A stretch of DNA of 63,540 nt, counting the filler, from Pelomyxa schiedti (taxonomy: Eukaryota > Protista > Evosea): NCBI GenBank assembly GCA_020536535.1. It is 8 parts of 8 records of this genome, joined end to end, with 100 filler letters (N's around TTAATTAATTAA, not from the genome) between each part and the next. Parts side by side here need not be neighbours in the genome. Positions count along the whole stretch, not along the records: positions 1 to 28,265 come from JAHLWZ010001024.1; 7 more parts are not named here. One strand, given 5' to 3'. The translations under genes were made by a program, and so were the position numbers. Positions 1 through 14,600 of the stretch are shown here, piece by piece. Below the pieces are notes generated by a model, which saw only the letters and a list, made by a program, of their open reading frames with translations, was not told the DNA's origin and did not search any database. Within the stretch, counting starts at the first letter, position 1; each line of letters opens with the position of its first letter.

Positions 1-128
1 TATTTGGCTGAATAAAAAAACTACGGAGAGTTTTCGGTTTTATACCGAGTTCCACAACGGATTTGATAACATCGAATTCAAAGAAAAACGGGTGATCGTA
101 ACAGCATCGTAACAACATCTGCGCGGAC

Positions 129-760
129 ATGGAGCGTTTTCACACACAAGTGAAGGAGTGCCTTGCGCAATCAACCACAAGGAATGCAATCTTTTTTGCT
201 GCAGCAGGGTTCTCAACATCAGAAGACATTGAGTACACTATACAGTGTTGTTCTTCCAGGGGGAGACATTCAAGGACAAAATGCCTGGAAGTCAACAATC
301 AAATTCTGCACCTCTCTTCTTATGGGAACGACATGGGACAGCTTCAACTGTGGTTCAATAAAAATCGTTGAAGAGCACACCAGAAGATATCCCTTGTGAG
401 GGAGTATATTGAGAACAGAAGGGTATGTCCAACAACACTGCCACCACAAGAGGGCAACAACACCTCTCAGTCACAAAATTATTTGGCTCAACTCCACACC
501 ACTGGTGCACAAAGAGTTCACCACAGACCACCTTGACAAGTTTCAGTTCTTCACAGACAAAGGCCCACACTTCCACAACTTTGAGGTGGCCCACCTATTC
601 GTTTGCTGTCTCCCTCAGAAGCTGAATTGCCACCTTTGTGGGCAGAAAAGGATGGAAAGTCAAAGTTGATGGGCACTTTGGGCTGTGGTGCTGATTTTAA
701 AATGAGCAGACAAAGAAAACCAAAAAGTTTTTCTGAAGTTTGGCAAAGAAAGAAGCACTG
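129..760 (+). mobile_element. Degenerate DDE DNA-transposase relic (possibly Sola-like)
   Basis: ORF 409-669 has FFTDKGPHFHNFE. After a frameshift near 655 the sequence reads KVKVDGHFG, resembling the 'D-x-G-P-H-F...(H)GKSxVDGHFG' transposase core. Stops and frameshifts present; CpG-poor. Confidence 0.4.
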
Positions 761-1371
761 AGTACCACAGTGGTTGCTTCTTACACTTACCCTCAGCCTG
801 AACCAAAACCACCACTACAACCAAGCGCAAGCACAGGCCACACCCCCATCTCCCACTACCCACTCCACATTACAGCTGTCACAATTTTTTTTTTAGCTTC
901 AACCTGATTGATCCAAGGATGCACGAAGGGGGGAACAATCGAAGAACAGCTTCGACCTCGAAGGTGGGCTCGAATCACACCTTCGATTCGAGCCCAGAAC
1001 CAAGTCGGTTCGTAGACTGGTTTGGACTTGAAAAACTTTCCTTTTCTGCCGGAACTACGACACACATGGTTTGGGGCAACAATCCTAGTGTTGGAAACAC
1101 TTGGCTGTTACTTCCCACATGCTGCACAGTGTTCGCGACTCACTGTCGTTAACACACTCTCTTGGGCGACCAACTTTTTGATGAAAAGGAAAAACAATCG
1201 AAGCAGAAGAACTTCGACTTCGAAGCTTTATTCGTGCATCCTTGGATTGATCTCTGTTTGCCACCAACTTGTTGGTTTTCGAGTTGGTTGTATCCAACTT
1301 CCCTGGTATTCTTTTCTCAATTTTCAAGGGTAAGGTAAAGTTATAAACCAACAATCAACTCTCACAGGAGG

Positions 1372-2667
1372 ATGTCAACTGTTATGTCAACTGTTCGTCT
1401 TAACATTGTTGTGACCGAGAGGATGAGCTCTCTAACTGTACCAACCAATATCACCGGCAGGGAGCTAATGGATAGGATAAGTGCAGAAAAGGGGTTATGT
1501 GTAACGAGCCTCTACTTCAAAGAGGGGAGGACAAACATGGATCCTCACCTGCCTATCCTCTCCTACGGCGTCACCTATAATGACACCATCATATGCAACC
1601 CTGAATTTTTTTTTGATATGGAAACGATGAAGTTCTTCTTACGTCCTGGGCAGAGTCTTGTGAGTGAACCAACACCAATCATGCTTAATACATCAGACGC
1701 GCTTTGTTATGGCTGCCCCTCAAGCGTGGCGTGGGCCTCTCGTGGCACTGGATCAACAGGTGGTGGGACATGGAGTGGAGGGGAGGTACCCTATGTAATT
1801 GATTCAGGGTTCCCAGAGACCAGCTATTTGCGGTCCCTGATCTCTCAGGCAATCGGGGAGTTTGACAACAACAATGTAGGGATTACCTGGTCACCAAGGA
1901 GGAACGAACCCAACTATGTGAGGTTTGTGTACGCAACCTCAGGCAGCCCGAATTCCAAAGTGGGCTGCATTGGCGGACGTCAAGATATCAAACTTCCAGA
2001 GAGGTACTCCAGCTCAGGCAACAAGCTTCGGCTCATCTGTGTCATGCATGAGATGTGCCATACTGTGGGACTCCAGCATGAGATGTGCCGGTCAGACAGG
2101 GATCAGCACATTACAGTTACCTGCCACACAGACCACAACTTCCTCATCACTGGGCATAAGATTGGGCACTATGACTACTATTCAATTATGCACTACGGGC
2201 ATGGCACAGGTTTCACCAGCAGTGTCACTGAATTACAGAGAGTGGCTGATACGGGCCGCACCTTTTCTACAGGAGATATTTGTGCACTCAGAAGGCTCTA
2301 TTGCTGGAAGCCTGGGGGACCTGCTCCACATGGCGGCAAGTGGCATCACGAATGCTCTGACCCAAGATGTGATGATGTACATTGCTTCTGTGGTGCATGT
2401 AAAAGGCACGAAAACCTGTCATGTGGGTACACCGGGCGCAATGCACATGGGCACTGGTCGTGTTGCATGTCTGAGGACCATTGTGGCGGGTGCAATGAAT
2501 CGCACACTGGGTTCTGGCACATGAGGTGCTGGGATCCCAGGTGCACATCAGAACTCTGTTACTGCCACTCCTGTGGTGGGGGATGCACTTACACTGGGCA
2601 TGAAGCGCACTGGAGCTGCTGTGGTTCAGAAGACTTTCATGGTCTGTGCCCCGCAGATCAGTCATGA
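1372..2667 (+). CDS. Astacin-family (M12A) zinc metalloprotease with N-terminal ubiquitin-like domain and C-terminal Cys/His-rich tandem repeat
   Basis: HEMCHTVGLQHEMCRSDRD matches HExxHxxGxxHExxRxDRD; SIMHY Met-turn; WSGGEVPY mature-domain start. Residues about 7-75 look beta-grasp-like. A GT-AG intron at 1330-1367 lies just upstream. Confidence 0.9.
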   Translation: MSTVMSTVRLNIVVTERMSSLTVPTNITGRELMDRISAEKGLCVTSLYFKEGRTNMDPHLPILSYGVTYNDTIICNPEFFFDMETMKFFLRPGQSLVSEPTPIMLNTSDALCYGCPSSVAWASRGTGSTGGGTWSGGEVPYVIDSGFPETSYLRSLISQAIGEFDNNNVGITWSPRRNEPNYVRFVYATSGSPNSKVGCIGGRQDIKLPERYSSSGNKLRLICVMHEMCHTVGLQHEMCRSDRDQHITVTCHTDHNFLITGHKIGHYDYYSIMHYGHGTGFTSSVTELQRVADTGRTFSTGDICALRRLYCWKPGGPAPHGGKWHHECSDPRCDDVHCFCGACKRHENLSCGYTGRNAHGHWSCCMSEDHCGGCNESHTGFWHMRCWDPRCTSELCYCHSCGGGCTYTGHEAHWSCCGSEDFHGLCPADQS

Positions 2668-2792
2668 CAGTAAACCACACATCCACACTAAGAAAACTTG
2701 GGAAAAAAATGTGTGAGTTCTTCTCGGTAATGGATTCCAGACCAACAAAAGTTTTTTTTCCCGCCATTTGATCCAATCAACACTAACAGAAA

Positions 2793-4158
2793 ATGGCGAT
2801 GCTGTCGGAGGTGATGGAGAACAACGAGTCGTGTCGAACGACGAGCAGAAACTGGGAAGAACCAGATTCCACGTTCGGCGACTGCGGGAATCGAACCAGC
2901 GCCCCCTTCGCTGGCCGTGGCTCCTGGAAGTTCCACCTCCTCGTCCCCGCCTCCGTCCCCCCCAGCGAATCTCCCACCACCTCTACCCCCGCCGCGGAGA
3001 CCCACAATTGCCCCCCGCCGTTGGAGTGCGCGGCGCTAGTCGTGGGCTTCGGCCCCTCGGGCGAGTCGCTGGTCCGCACGTGGATGGAGTCCCTCGCCGG
3101 GCCCACGTTCGCCTCGAGGCTCGTCGCCACCGTCCAATGGGCCGACATAGATGCCGCGTCCACGTCCACGTCCTCGTCATCGTCATCGTCATCGTCATCG
3201 CTGGGCGTGACAGGTGTTAGTGGCCATGACGAAAGTGATTGGGACGGTGGTGAGAGTGCTATGATGACGGGTGGTGGTGGCAGAGGAGGGAGGCGGCGAG
3301 GTGGCGGCGGGTGCGCGGCGATGCCTGTGTTCGAGGTGTATCGGGCCACGGAGGGGGTTCTTTTGGGCGCGTGGGGGGGTGTTTCAGGGGACGTGCCGGC
3401 GGAGACTGGGGCGCAGTGGGCGAGGGAGCTGGCGCGACACGTCGCTCCGAAAACGCATGTGTTCCCTTAGCATTTTTAGCTCTCCCCGGCATTGGGTTTT
3501 TTTTTTTTTGTTGTTGTTGTTGTTGTTGTTGCTAGGTTATTTTTGGTTTGAGTTTTCTTTTTTTCCACCTGGGATTTTTGGGGTGGGGGAGGGGCACAAG
3601 ATGTTCTATGGGTATGTTTTGACATTTTTGTTTATTTATTTTAGAGTTCTGATTCTGCATGCGATGTCATGGCACACATTGTGGAGTGGATTGCAAGTTC
3701 CCAACACCCCAAATGGGTTGATAGATGACGAAGGATATGACAGAGAAGAGGACCGCGCCAACTCTGCTTTCGTTATGTGCAGTTCTTCTGTTCCCAAAGC
3801 AACACATCCCTCTTGGGTGAAAACCTTCCCTTGTGGGGTACTTGTATCTGGTGCTCCTGCTGCCTTCATGAATGTGGTATGTCAATACCCCATTCGTGCC
3901 AGGAATTAACCCACAAACCTGTAGTGCCAGTACACAGGGACACCTTGTGTTATGGTTGTTGCTGGTTTACCTCCATATCGCCGCAGACCAGAACCAGACC
4001 TTGACACTCTCAATACACTACAGAAGGCAGCTATTCTGGTTAATGATACTATTGGTCCAATACTGCAAGAAAAGATGCCACTCATCTCCCCACTGCTTTC
4101 TCAGAAAGCACTGGCGTTCTCCAAGAAGATCACGGATGTCGACTGGTTGTATGTGTAG
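2793..4158 (+). CDS. PSMG1: Proteasome assembly chaperone 1-like (spliced)
   Basis: N-terminus MAMLSEV..SCR..EE, LVVGFG, AQWAREL, LVSGAPAAFMNV and C-terminal ..WLYV* parallel PAC1 features. Introns about 3455-3644 and about 3877-3923. Confidence 0.65.
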
Positions 4159-4220
4159 TGTTGTAATGGCGAGAAAAAAAACAGACTTTATTGTTTCCAG
4201 TTATTGTTAGGAGTACAGAA

Positions 4221-5454
4221 TTAGGTTCTGTGGTGTACCAAATAAAGGAGGAGGTCACGGTAGTCCCCAGAGGTATCACCCCTTATGTCTTGGTCTATTG
4301 TGTGCTTAAACATTTTGTGGTACTCTTCTGCAGCCGCCTGGATGACTTCCTTGCCGTTGAAGCAAAATAGTCTTACCAAACTGGCATCATTTGTTCCTGG
4401 AAGTTAAAGCTTCATAAGAATGCAGGTATTCGGAAAAGAAAAGAGGTACCAAGACCGGAAATAGCATCATGTACACGCTGTGCCATATATTTGGCCCGTG
4501 GGGTGCACAAGGCAATCAAGGCGTGCATGAAGTCCCCACTTGTTTCATTCTTGATGGCCTCTTCAATGGAGTGGTGCTTGCCCAACTTCTTATAAGCTTC
4601 AGATACTGCCTGCAGGTGCTCAGCAGAGCTTCCAGAAATAATTTCGATGAAAGTATCATCATTAGTGCCGGGACGTCCTTCTCCAGCTTTATACAAAGCC
4701 GCAGCATCGCGGTCCACACGGGATGCGTCCACGTGGCCAGGGGCCATCCTTGTGCCCTTAGGAGAGTCAACTGTGGGTTAGTATTCTCTCAAAAACATAT
4801 TTGTATTCACCCGCAGAGTCTGGAGCAGAACTTTTCGGAAGTTAAAGCTGGTGTCTCCGGCAACAGCAGTTTCCAAGCTTCCATGGTACTTTGCTGTCCA
4901 ACCCTTAACGGGTTATCCAAAGGAAACAGCAGTAGAGTCACTTACCGCCTTCATTACAACAATCTCCTCCGGGGATGCTTGAGTAATAATGTCAATGAGT
5001 GCACGCTCATTTGTTCCTGGTCTGTCAACAGCATCGTGTACTTCATCTGCCATGAATTCACCAATGGGAAGTACTAGTTTTATAAGGATTTTCTGGGAGT
5101 GTTTGTAGAAAGCAAATGTAAGTTCAACTTTAGTTAATTAACCTGTTGTTGAGGTTATGGCATTAAAGGTGTTAATTACCCGGAAATTGCCAGAAGTGTC
5201 ACCATGAAGGTCTTGAATTAGAGTCTTTCCAAAGAGCTCCTTATAAACTGTCACCACGTGCTGCAATTGCTGTCTCGTCCTCCCACCAATAATTTCAATT
5301 AAACGACTATCATTAGTTCCTACAGTAAACGTGTGAAAAAACACCGTCATTTCGGTTTTCATAACCAAAACTTGGCAACACCTAATCCAGCCATGGCATC
5401 GTGCAACCGGTGCGCATCGCCTCGTGCGTCGTACACTACAACAGAAGCGGCCAT
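4221..5454 (-). CDS. Annexin (four repeats, multi-exon)
   Basis: MAGLGTNDSRLIEIIGGRT, GRPGTNDDTFIEII and DTSG(N/D)(F/Y) repeat ends. ATG at 5454, TAA at 4221. Confidence 0.95.
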
Positions 5455-5909
5455 CGTATCGAATTGGGAGTTTTACCGGAAAACCCACAATTACCTCTCA
5501 GGACAAATTTTGCGTTTAAAGGCCGGGCATAAAGGTGCCTTTGTTTCGGGTGCCAAAGTGTTGCAGCTCCTTCGAACTCTCTCGGCCTTTTGGCTAAGAT
5601 GCCCGGCCTTGTGGCTAGGCAACTTAGTGCTGTCTACGCAAACACCTAAATTTTTTCCCTCTTTGGGGCTCCTGGCAGTTGCCAAAGGACAAACGACGGC
5701 CGAATATTGGTCCAACCTTCTCAGTACCTCTTATGACGAAGATGTACCCACATCGATCATCCAGTTAAATGTCTTAACTCATTTCCCACTTCGGGTGTTT
5801 TGATCGATCATCTTTTTGATCATCTTTGTTTTGTTTCCAACCGAAACGTTCCACAAACTTTTCCTTTCCTCCTTTTCGAAAGCCAAAGCCTGTGCCCACC
5901 TAACCGTTT

Positions 5910-7867
5910 ATGCTTGCCACCTCCCTCCTCGCCGTTCTGGCCATTATGGGCCCTGCCCTCACTTCCTCGTCTCTACTTTACGGCCTGGACCCCAACAACC
6001 TCGACGTGGTCTCGTTTGACGTGGCCGCGCCAGAGTCGTGGACGGCTCATTGTTCCTACTCCGATTATGGTGACTTGTACGCCTGCGACGTGATCCCAGA
6101 TTCCGTCACCAAAATGGCGTACTGCAGTCACTCTTCAAGTCACAGCCACAGTGTCAGTGACAGTGATAGTGATAGTACTAGTGACAGTGAGAGTAAAAGT
6201 GTGAGTGTGAGTGTGAGTGAGAGTGAAAGTGATAGTAAGAGTAAGAGCGCAAGTGTGAGTACCAGCAGAAGTGTGAGCAAAAGTGAGAGTGCGAGTACCA
6301 GTGCCAGCACCAGTAAGAGCATAAGTATTAGCGGTAGTACCAGTGCCAGTACCAGCAACAGTGACAGTGACAGCGACAGTGACAGCGACAGCGGGAGTGA
6401 AAGCATTAGCTTAAGTGATAGTCAGAGTACCAGTACAAGCCAAAGTAAAAGCACAAGCACAAGCAAGAGTAATAGTGCAAGTATCAGTGCAAGCACCAGC
6501 ACAAGCATAAGTAAAAGCACAAGCATTAGCGAAAGTGTGAGCAAAAGTGAAAGTATCAGTAAAAGTAAAAGCACAAGCACCAGTGAGAGCACTAGTTCTA
6601 GTGCAACTGTGACCACAAGTGCTGGCAAGGACGCATCAGTAGCAGTAGCCAGTACTGCTTCAGTAATTCCGCTCAGGAGAACCGTTAAACGTGCTACAAA
6701 ACGTGTTGTAATGCCAGATGAATCTGCCTCAAATGACTATACAAGTTCCTTGCACGCAATAGGCTTTTTAAGCAAAAAAATGTTCAAGTTCGATGCTCCT
6801 ATGACCAGTTGCAAGGCTTCGGTTCTGAACAATGTGCAAATCTGTGACCTGTGCTATCCAATTGCAGGAACGTGGTCAGTAAGTGCCCAGAAATTCTATG
6901 TAGTTCTACTGCAATACTTCACTAGTCCTCCTGATCTAATGGCTTCTATATTGGCGTGGGTAGACTTTTCGGATTGCTGGAAGGTAACTATAGTGGGCCA
7001 AATTACCAACGCACAGCAAGTCGCCGCTATATCTGAGGGTCCTGATGGGACCTTGTATATTGTAGATGCCCTCACGGATCAGCTGATAGCAGTAAACAAG
7101 CAAACGGCTGAGGGAAAAGTGATTGGAAACCTGCTTATAGATATCGGTTACGCATCAGGAATGGACTGGGACACCTCAACCAAAGCCATGTACCTCGCCG
7201 CTTCACTCGCGGACGAGACACAGGAACTCCGGACTGTGAACTTACAAACAGGAGCAACAACACTCGTCTCGGCTCTTCCGAACGCCATTGTGTGCATGTC
7301 ATTCCAAGACAGCTACGGAATTTCCACAATCGTGGAATTCTCTCTTCACATAGCACCAAGTGTGAATCCTCCCTCACATTCCTTCCCATTTCCATTTCAG
7401 TTTCCATTCATGATTCCCTTTTTTGAACAGAGTGGACGGAACTTCCACCAGACTTTGAGGCCCAGTTCCGGGCCGACGTCGCCGCCGCGCTTTGCGTCCC
7501 AATGGAATCCATCGCCGTGCTCGCTGTCTCGCTCTCGACCGACGAGGAGCTAACGGACGTGACAGTGTCGTACACGGTCGACATCACCATGACCGACTTC
7601 ACTTGCACCGATGACGTAATCACCCAGATGGACATCGTCACCGACGACCCCGACTCGGTTCTCTATGATGGGATTGTCACCCAGGACGTGGTTCCCGACT
7701 CCCTCACCGTCATTCAAGTAACCATCAACGACCCTTCAGAAAGTGAGTCTCAGGCTTCCTCATCTTCGTCGCAAGACAAATTTTCTGTCAGTTCCGCCGA
7801 CACCCAAGCCACCCCTTGGATTATTGTCTTTATTGCCCTTATCCTGTTGACTGTAAGTACTAGTTGA
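5910..7867 (+). CDS. Cell-surface protein: signal peptide, beta-propeller interrupted by Ser-X dipeptide repeat, SEA-like domain, C-terminal hydrophobic anchor
   Basis: Hydrophobic N-terminus; propeller motifs ([24 protein letters not shown]). A phase-1 GT-AG intron at 7360-7430 joins to [22 protein letters not shown]. Tail [11 protein letters not shown]. Confidence 0.8.
6138..6610 (+). repeat. Ser-X dipeptide coding repeat, (AGY-NNN)n
   Basis: About 75 hexamer units encoding SDSDS/SASTS/SKSTS, almost all with AGT/AGC serine codons. Confidence 0.9.
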
Positions 7868-8020
7868 TGCTAACTTAACAAACACTCCCAAGAAGCTTTT
7901 TTGTAACCAGTAGGAAAAATACATTCAACAAGGAATTCCCTTTGGGAAGGTTTTTTTTTTTTTCTTTTTGTGTGGGGTGTATTTCTAATGTACAACATTT
8001 GTTTGCCTTTGGTCCTTGAC

Positions 8021-10517
<2,497 letters not shown>

Positions 10518-10745
10518 CCCTCGTGCACGATCTTATTGGTTCTTTTTAGTATCTCTGCTTCTGCTCGCGCCTTGTTACCGGCACACCCGCGTTAATTGTT
10601 GTTGGGGTATTTCTTAAAAGTGATGATTAAACTGACACAGATACCGGTTTTTTTTTTACTTTTTTTTGGCTTTTTCAGCCGGGAACTGGCGCTCACGGCG
10701 TGACACCCGCCAAGCCAAAAAGCAACCCGAATTTTGTACCAAAAA

Positions 10746-11504
10746 ACGGCGGACGCGAGGAGCAACCAATGCGACGGGGCGACGAGGCCAAAGGCCACGA
10801 CCGGGGATGTGCCTCGTCACCCACACCACTCTATTACCAAGAGGAAACACACCAAGCACAAGCACAAACATAAGCACAAGGACAAGGACAGGCACGGCCA
10901 CAAGCACCATCACCACAGGTCGTCGTCATCGTCATCGGCGGATTCCTCGCCAGTGTCGATACCAACATCGACAACAGACACCACTGCGGCTCAACCGCCC
11001 ACCAATGCGCCTTTGCCGCCATCGGTTGCAGTCGGTGGCAGCAAGGTTGTGCCGCAACCGCAGACAGGCGCCGACCCCACTGGGCCCAAGGTGGCGCCAC
11101 AATCAATTGTGGGAGACCCTCCGGCTCCGCCCAGTGTGGGCGCCCCGGGCACTGCGCCACCCATAACCGCAAACAACCCCAACTACCAGCACTCCACAGC
11201 ACCGGCAAAAACCGCGACACCAACGTCAAGGAGAAGGGAGGCACCAATGGGGCCAGTTTTCAAGACTGAGGAGGAACTGGAGAGGGAAAGAAACAGAGTG
11301 AGGGTGGTTTATGACCCCCTGACTGGACGTAACAGGACCGTCAGGGGTGACGGCGAGATCATCGAAACAATAGTCTCCAGAGGTAGTAAAAAAACCACAC
11401 CAACTTAGCAATGAACACTACTATTTATCAGTCTGATGTCACATTTAGAGGAGCAACTGGCACTGAGGAAGATGGCGTCAAGTAAGCCTTGGATTGGCTT
11501 CTAG
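10746..11504 (+). CDS. ARL6IP4/SR-25-like protein (start uncertain)
   Basis: K/H-rich N-terminus plus VRVVYDPLTGRNRTVRGDGEIIETIVSR, the SR-25 signature. Intron about 11383-11448. Confidence 0.8.
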
Positions 11505-11612
11505 GCTACTACACTTACTTTGTAACAATAGACAAAAAAAGATTTTTCGATTTTGCTATTTATTTTTTACAGTAAAAAATGGTCGAAGCTCGACGATGGT
11601 GAACAAGAGTAT

Positions 11613-14600
11613 CTACAGAGCAAGCCCAGAATGAACTTTTTCCAGCTGTTGTTTGCATCCACATGTACATTGTGAGATGATTTTTCCAGTTGCCCTGCAC
11701 CAGTAGTTGTCCACAACAGGGCACCGGCACAATGCAAACTCAAGCCAACAGTGCTTACACACAGGCAGAGTAGGCTCAAAGTCACGGTACATACTCGGTG
11801 TATAGCTTTGTTTCATTGATAATGCCCGTCTTGAGCCGGAGAAGGACAAGGCCGAGATAATATCCACAGGGGTGTCAGAACCAGGGGTATCCCATGTGGG
11901 TCCTCTGATTACACTGATGCCATGGAACAGAACCAGCTTGAATAGCTGTCCGGTGATCAGGTAGGATGAAATGTGGACCAATGCGGCCGGTGTGAGTGTG
12001 TGGAATGGGCTGCCGGCGCCAACCCGAGGAAACCGGAGGCCGCAGTACAGCATCAGGAACGTGGCGGGGTAATTCAGTGCGTGCACTACCCTGACATCGT
12101 CCGTGTGGTTGCGGAGCTGCATGGTGAGGAGCGAGTACGGCTGGGCATCGACGCAGCCAACAACTGGGTGCCCTATGTGAACTTGACATGCGCCCTCTGT
12201 GATTCCACAGCTCTGCACGAGTTGTTGCTCCAGGATAGAGGATAACCATGGGTCGGCATCGGAATTGTATGTTAATAGTGTTAGGGTAGCACTGAACCCA
12301 GACATTGCTGCGCAGTGACACGGTTTCATTAAAAACACAGGAGGACTGAGTTCGTGCAGATTGTGTGACGCCGATATACACATTGGGCAGTAGTTTGTTT
12401 TGGATGAAGGGCCATCACACGTTATACAAAAGCGATACTCCTGAATATAATAGCAATTGTCGCATAATCGGTTTGGTCTATGATTGCATAGTGTACCTCC
12501 TTTGGTTGCCCCAACTGAGGGATCGGGGAAAAGCATTGGACTTTCTACGTCGTATTGGAGTAATTTAGAGTACACATCGAAGTACACTCTTTGTCCGCTT
12601 GAGAAATGTGGAAGAACATCTCTAATGGGCAGTAGCCCAAGCTGCAACTTGACTTCTGTGGCGGTAGTCGTGTCACTCACTAAATTATGGAAAAGACGGA
12701 GGATAAGTTTCAGAGGTTTAGCAGTTGACCACTTCCGCTGTGCTACAATGTGTGGTATGTCATATTTTGCTTTGATAGATTCTGCGCCAAATGGGGTGCT
12801 AGAAATATAACACAATGACTTTAATGCCGCGTAAGATACTTTTGCCGTCGTATGACTCAATGCAGCGAAACAGTGAGAGATGAAATCTTGCCTTGCCAGT
12901 TCCAATGTATTACGAAGAGCCCAGCTTTGGTCAACTTGTATTACACACCTGAAGGCCCATTTGTGTAACCTTATGGAAGATGGCCCACTGTCCCCAGTAC
13001 TGAGGAGCTGTGTAATAATTGGTGCACAAGGATGAACCATCATGGGGGGCTCGGCTCTATGGATCATATGCAGGGTCTTTAATCCAAGTACACATAATGG
13101 CACACTGTTCCGCGTTTTGATTGCAGAAAATACATTTTCCCACAGAACCTCCGTACCAGCCTGACCTGTAACATACAGCACAATCCCCTTCCAGAATTGA
13201 TGTGGTGAGAAGTACCCGGTTTTCAGAAGTGGGAAGGACCTCAATACAAGTACAATGTACTCAGAAAAGATTGCTTCTAGGTCAGTTGTATGGTTTACGA
13301 GGCCGTTGAAGGTATGGATAAGTTTTTCCAATGCTTGTGGTGAGGTAGTGCTTGTAAGTTGGTGCGTCACTGTTACAATGACTGAAAGGATGCCACTTTT
13401 CAGGGCGATGGTCATTCCATCTTCCATTGTAGTGAGGAGGAGAAGGGCAGCCCAGGTTTTGTGAATGGCAATGTCATCATCCCGAATCTGTGTCCTTGCT
13501 GCCAACATGAGGTAACTCAGAAGAACATTGAAAAGTGCAATGGGAGGAGACCATGACAACTTTGGTTTTGTGAGAGAAAGAGCTACTTGCTCCAATACAC
13601 ATGCAGCAGTGGCATTGACTCTGTCTAGAGGAAACAACTGCGTGACGTAAGGCAATACGCTAACCAAAGAACAGAGCTCCGAACAAGCGAGATACTGTAG
13701 GCGCGCATATGCAGGTTCTAAAATGGATTTACCATCTTCTGAGAGCATACACGCGAGAACTGGTCGAATTTGAATGTCTGCTGTGCAATCAACCAGAGGG
13801 GGTTCCAGGCACTCAAGTGCTCGCCACAGGTGACCTACTTCGACTGGATTGGAAACACCTGATGTTAAGCACCCTATCAGGATAGGTTTTGCTTTGGATG
13901 CGACCTGGTCTTTTGTAGACTGATCTTGGGCAAGTGCCATCACAGCTTTGCACGCATCTGTAACCGTCTTGGGAAACAGCTCGCAGAGCTGGTCTAGGCC
14001 GCCTACCTCGATAATGGTGGAGCCACAAAATGGCGCCAAATTCTCGATGAACGCACATACAGTGGAGGCACTACACGCATGTGAATCTACTGAAAAGAAA
14101 GCAGCAAGAATTAATGACAAGTTATCGATAGATCCAGGTATGGCGGTTGTCAGAGTGGCAACGTGGGAAGCTGCTTGAAGAACATAATCTGGGAATTGTG
14201 CACTAGTATTTGAAGATTCTTGGAGTTCTTCAACAAGCTTATCCAAAATCTGACTCGCATCACCCACCTCAAGGTCCTTCTCTGAGGTCTTGGCAATCAT
14301 ATTCCAGGTACGAGGCGGAATAATTGTAAGGTTATTGGTTGCTCGTAAGACACTTTGTAGCACCACCTTGTATGACCTGAACTGTGGATGATTCACTAAA
14401 GCCTCCAAAGCAGAAAAAGCAATGCTTTGTAATTCCAAATCTGAGTTGCGGTTAATTGCTGCAAGAACTGCTTGAACAGCTGGATTAATCGAAGAAAAAT
14501 GCCCCATTTTTTTGGAAACTAGTAACGCTATAAGGCGGCAGCAGATAACTTGCATTCTACATTCGTTTGAGTTGTAATTTAGCACTAGAACTGTCAACTC

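Noticed and set aside
129-371. Mrr-like PD-(D/E)xK nuclease (IEFKE...AIFFAAAGFS)
   Set aside because: The motifs are in different frames and weak; a transposase relic explains the region better.
1366-1371. Shine-Dalgarno-like AGGAGG before the astacin ATG (bacterial contaminant)
   Set aside because: It overlaps the CAG acceptor of a 38-nt GT-AG intron, and the contig is clearly eukaryotic.
6140-6628. Leu-rich minus-strand ORFs as membrane proteins
   Set aside because: They are antisense shadows of the AGY serine repeat.
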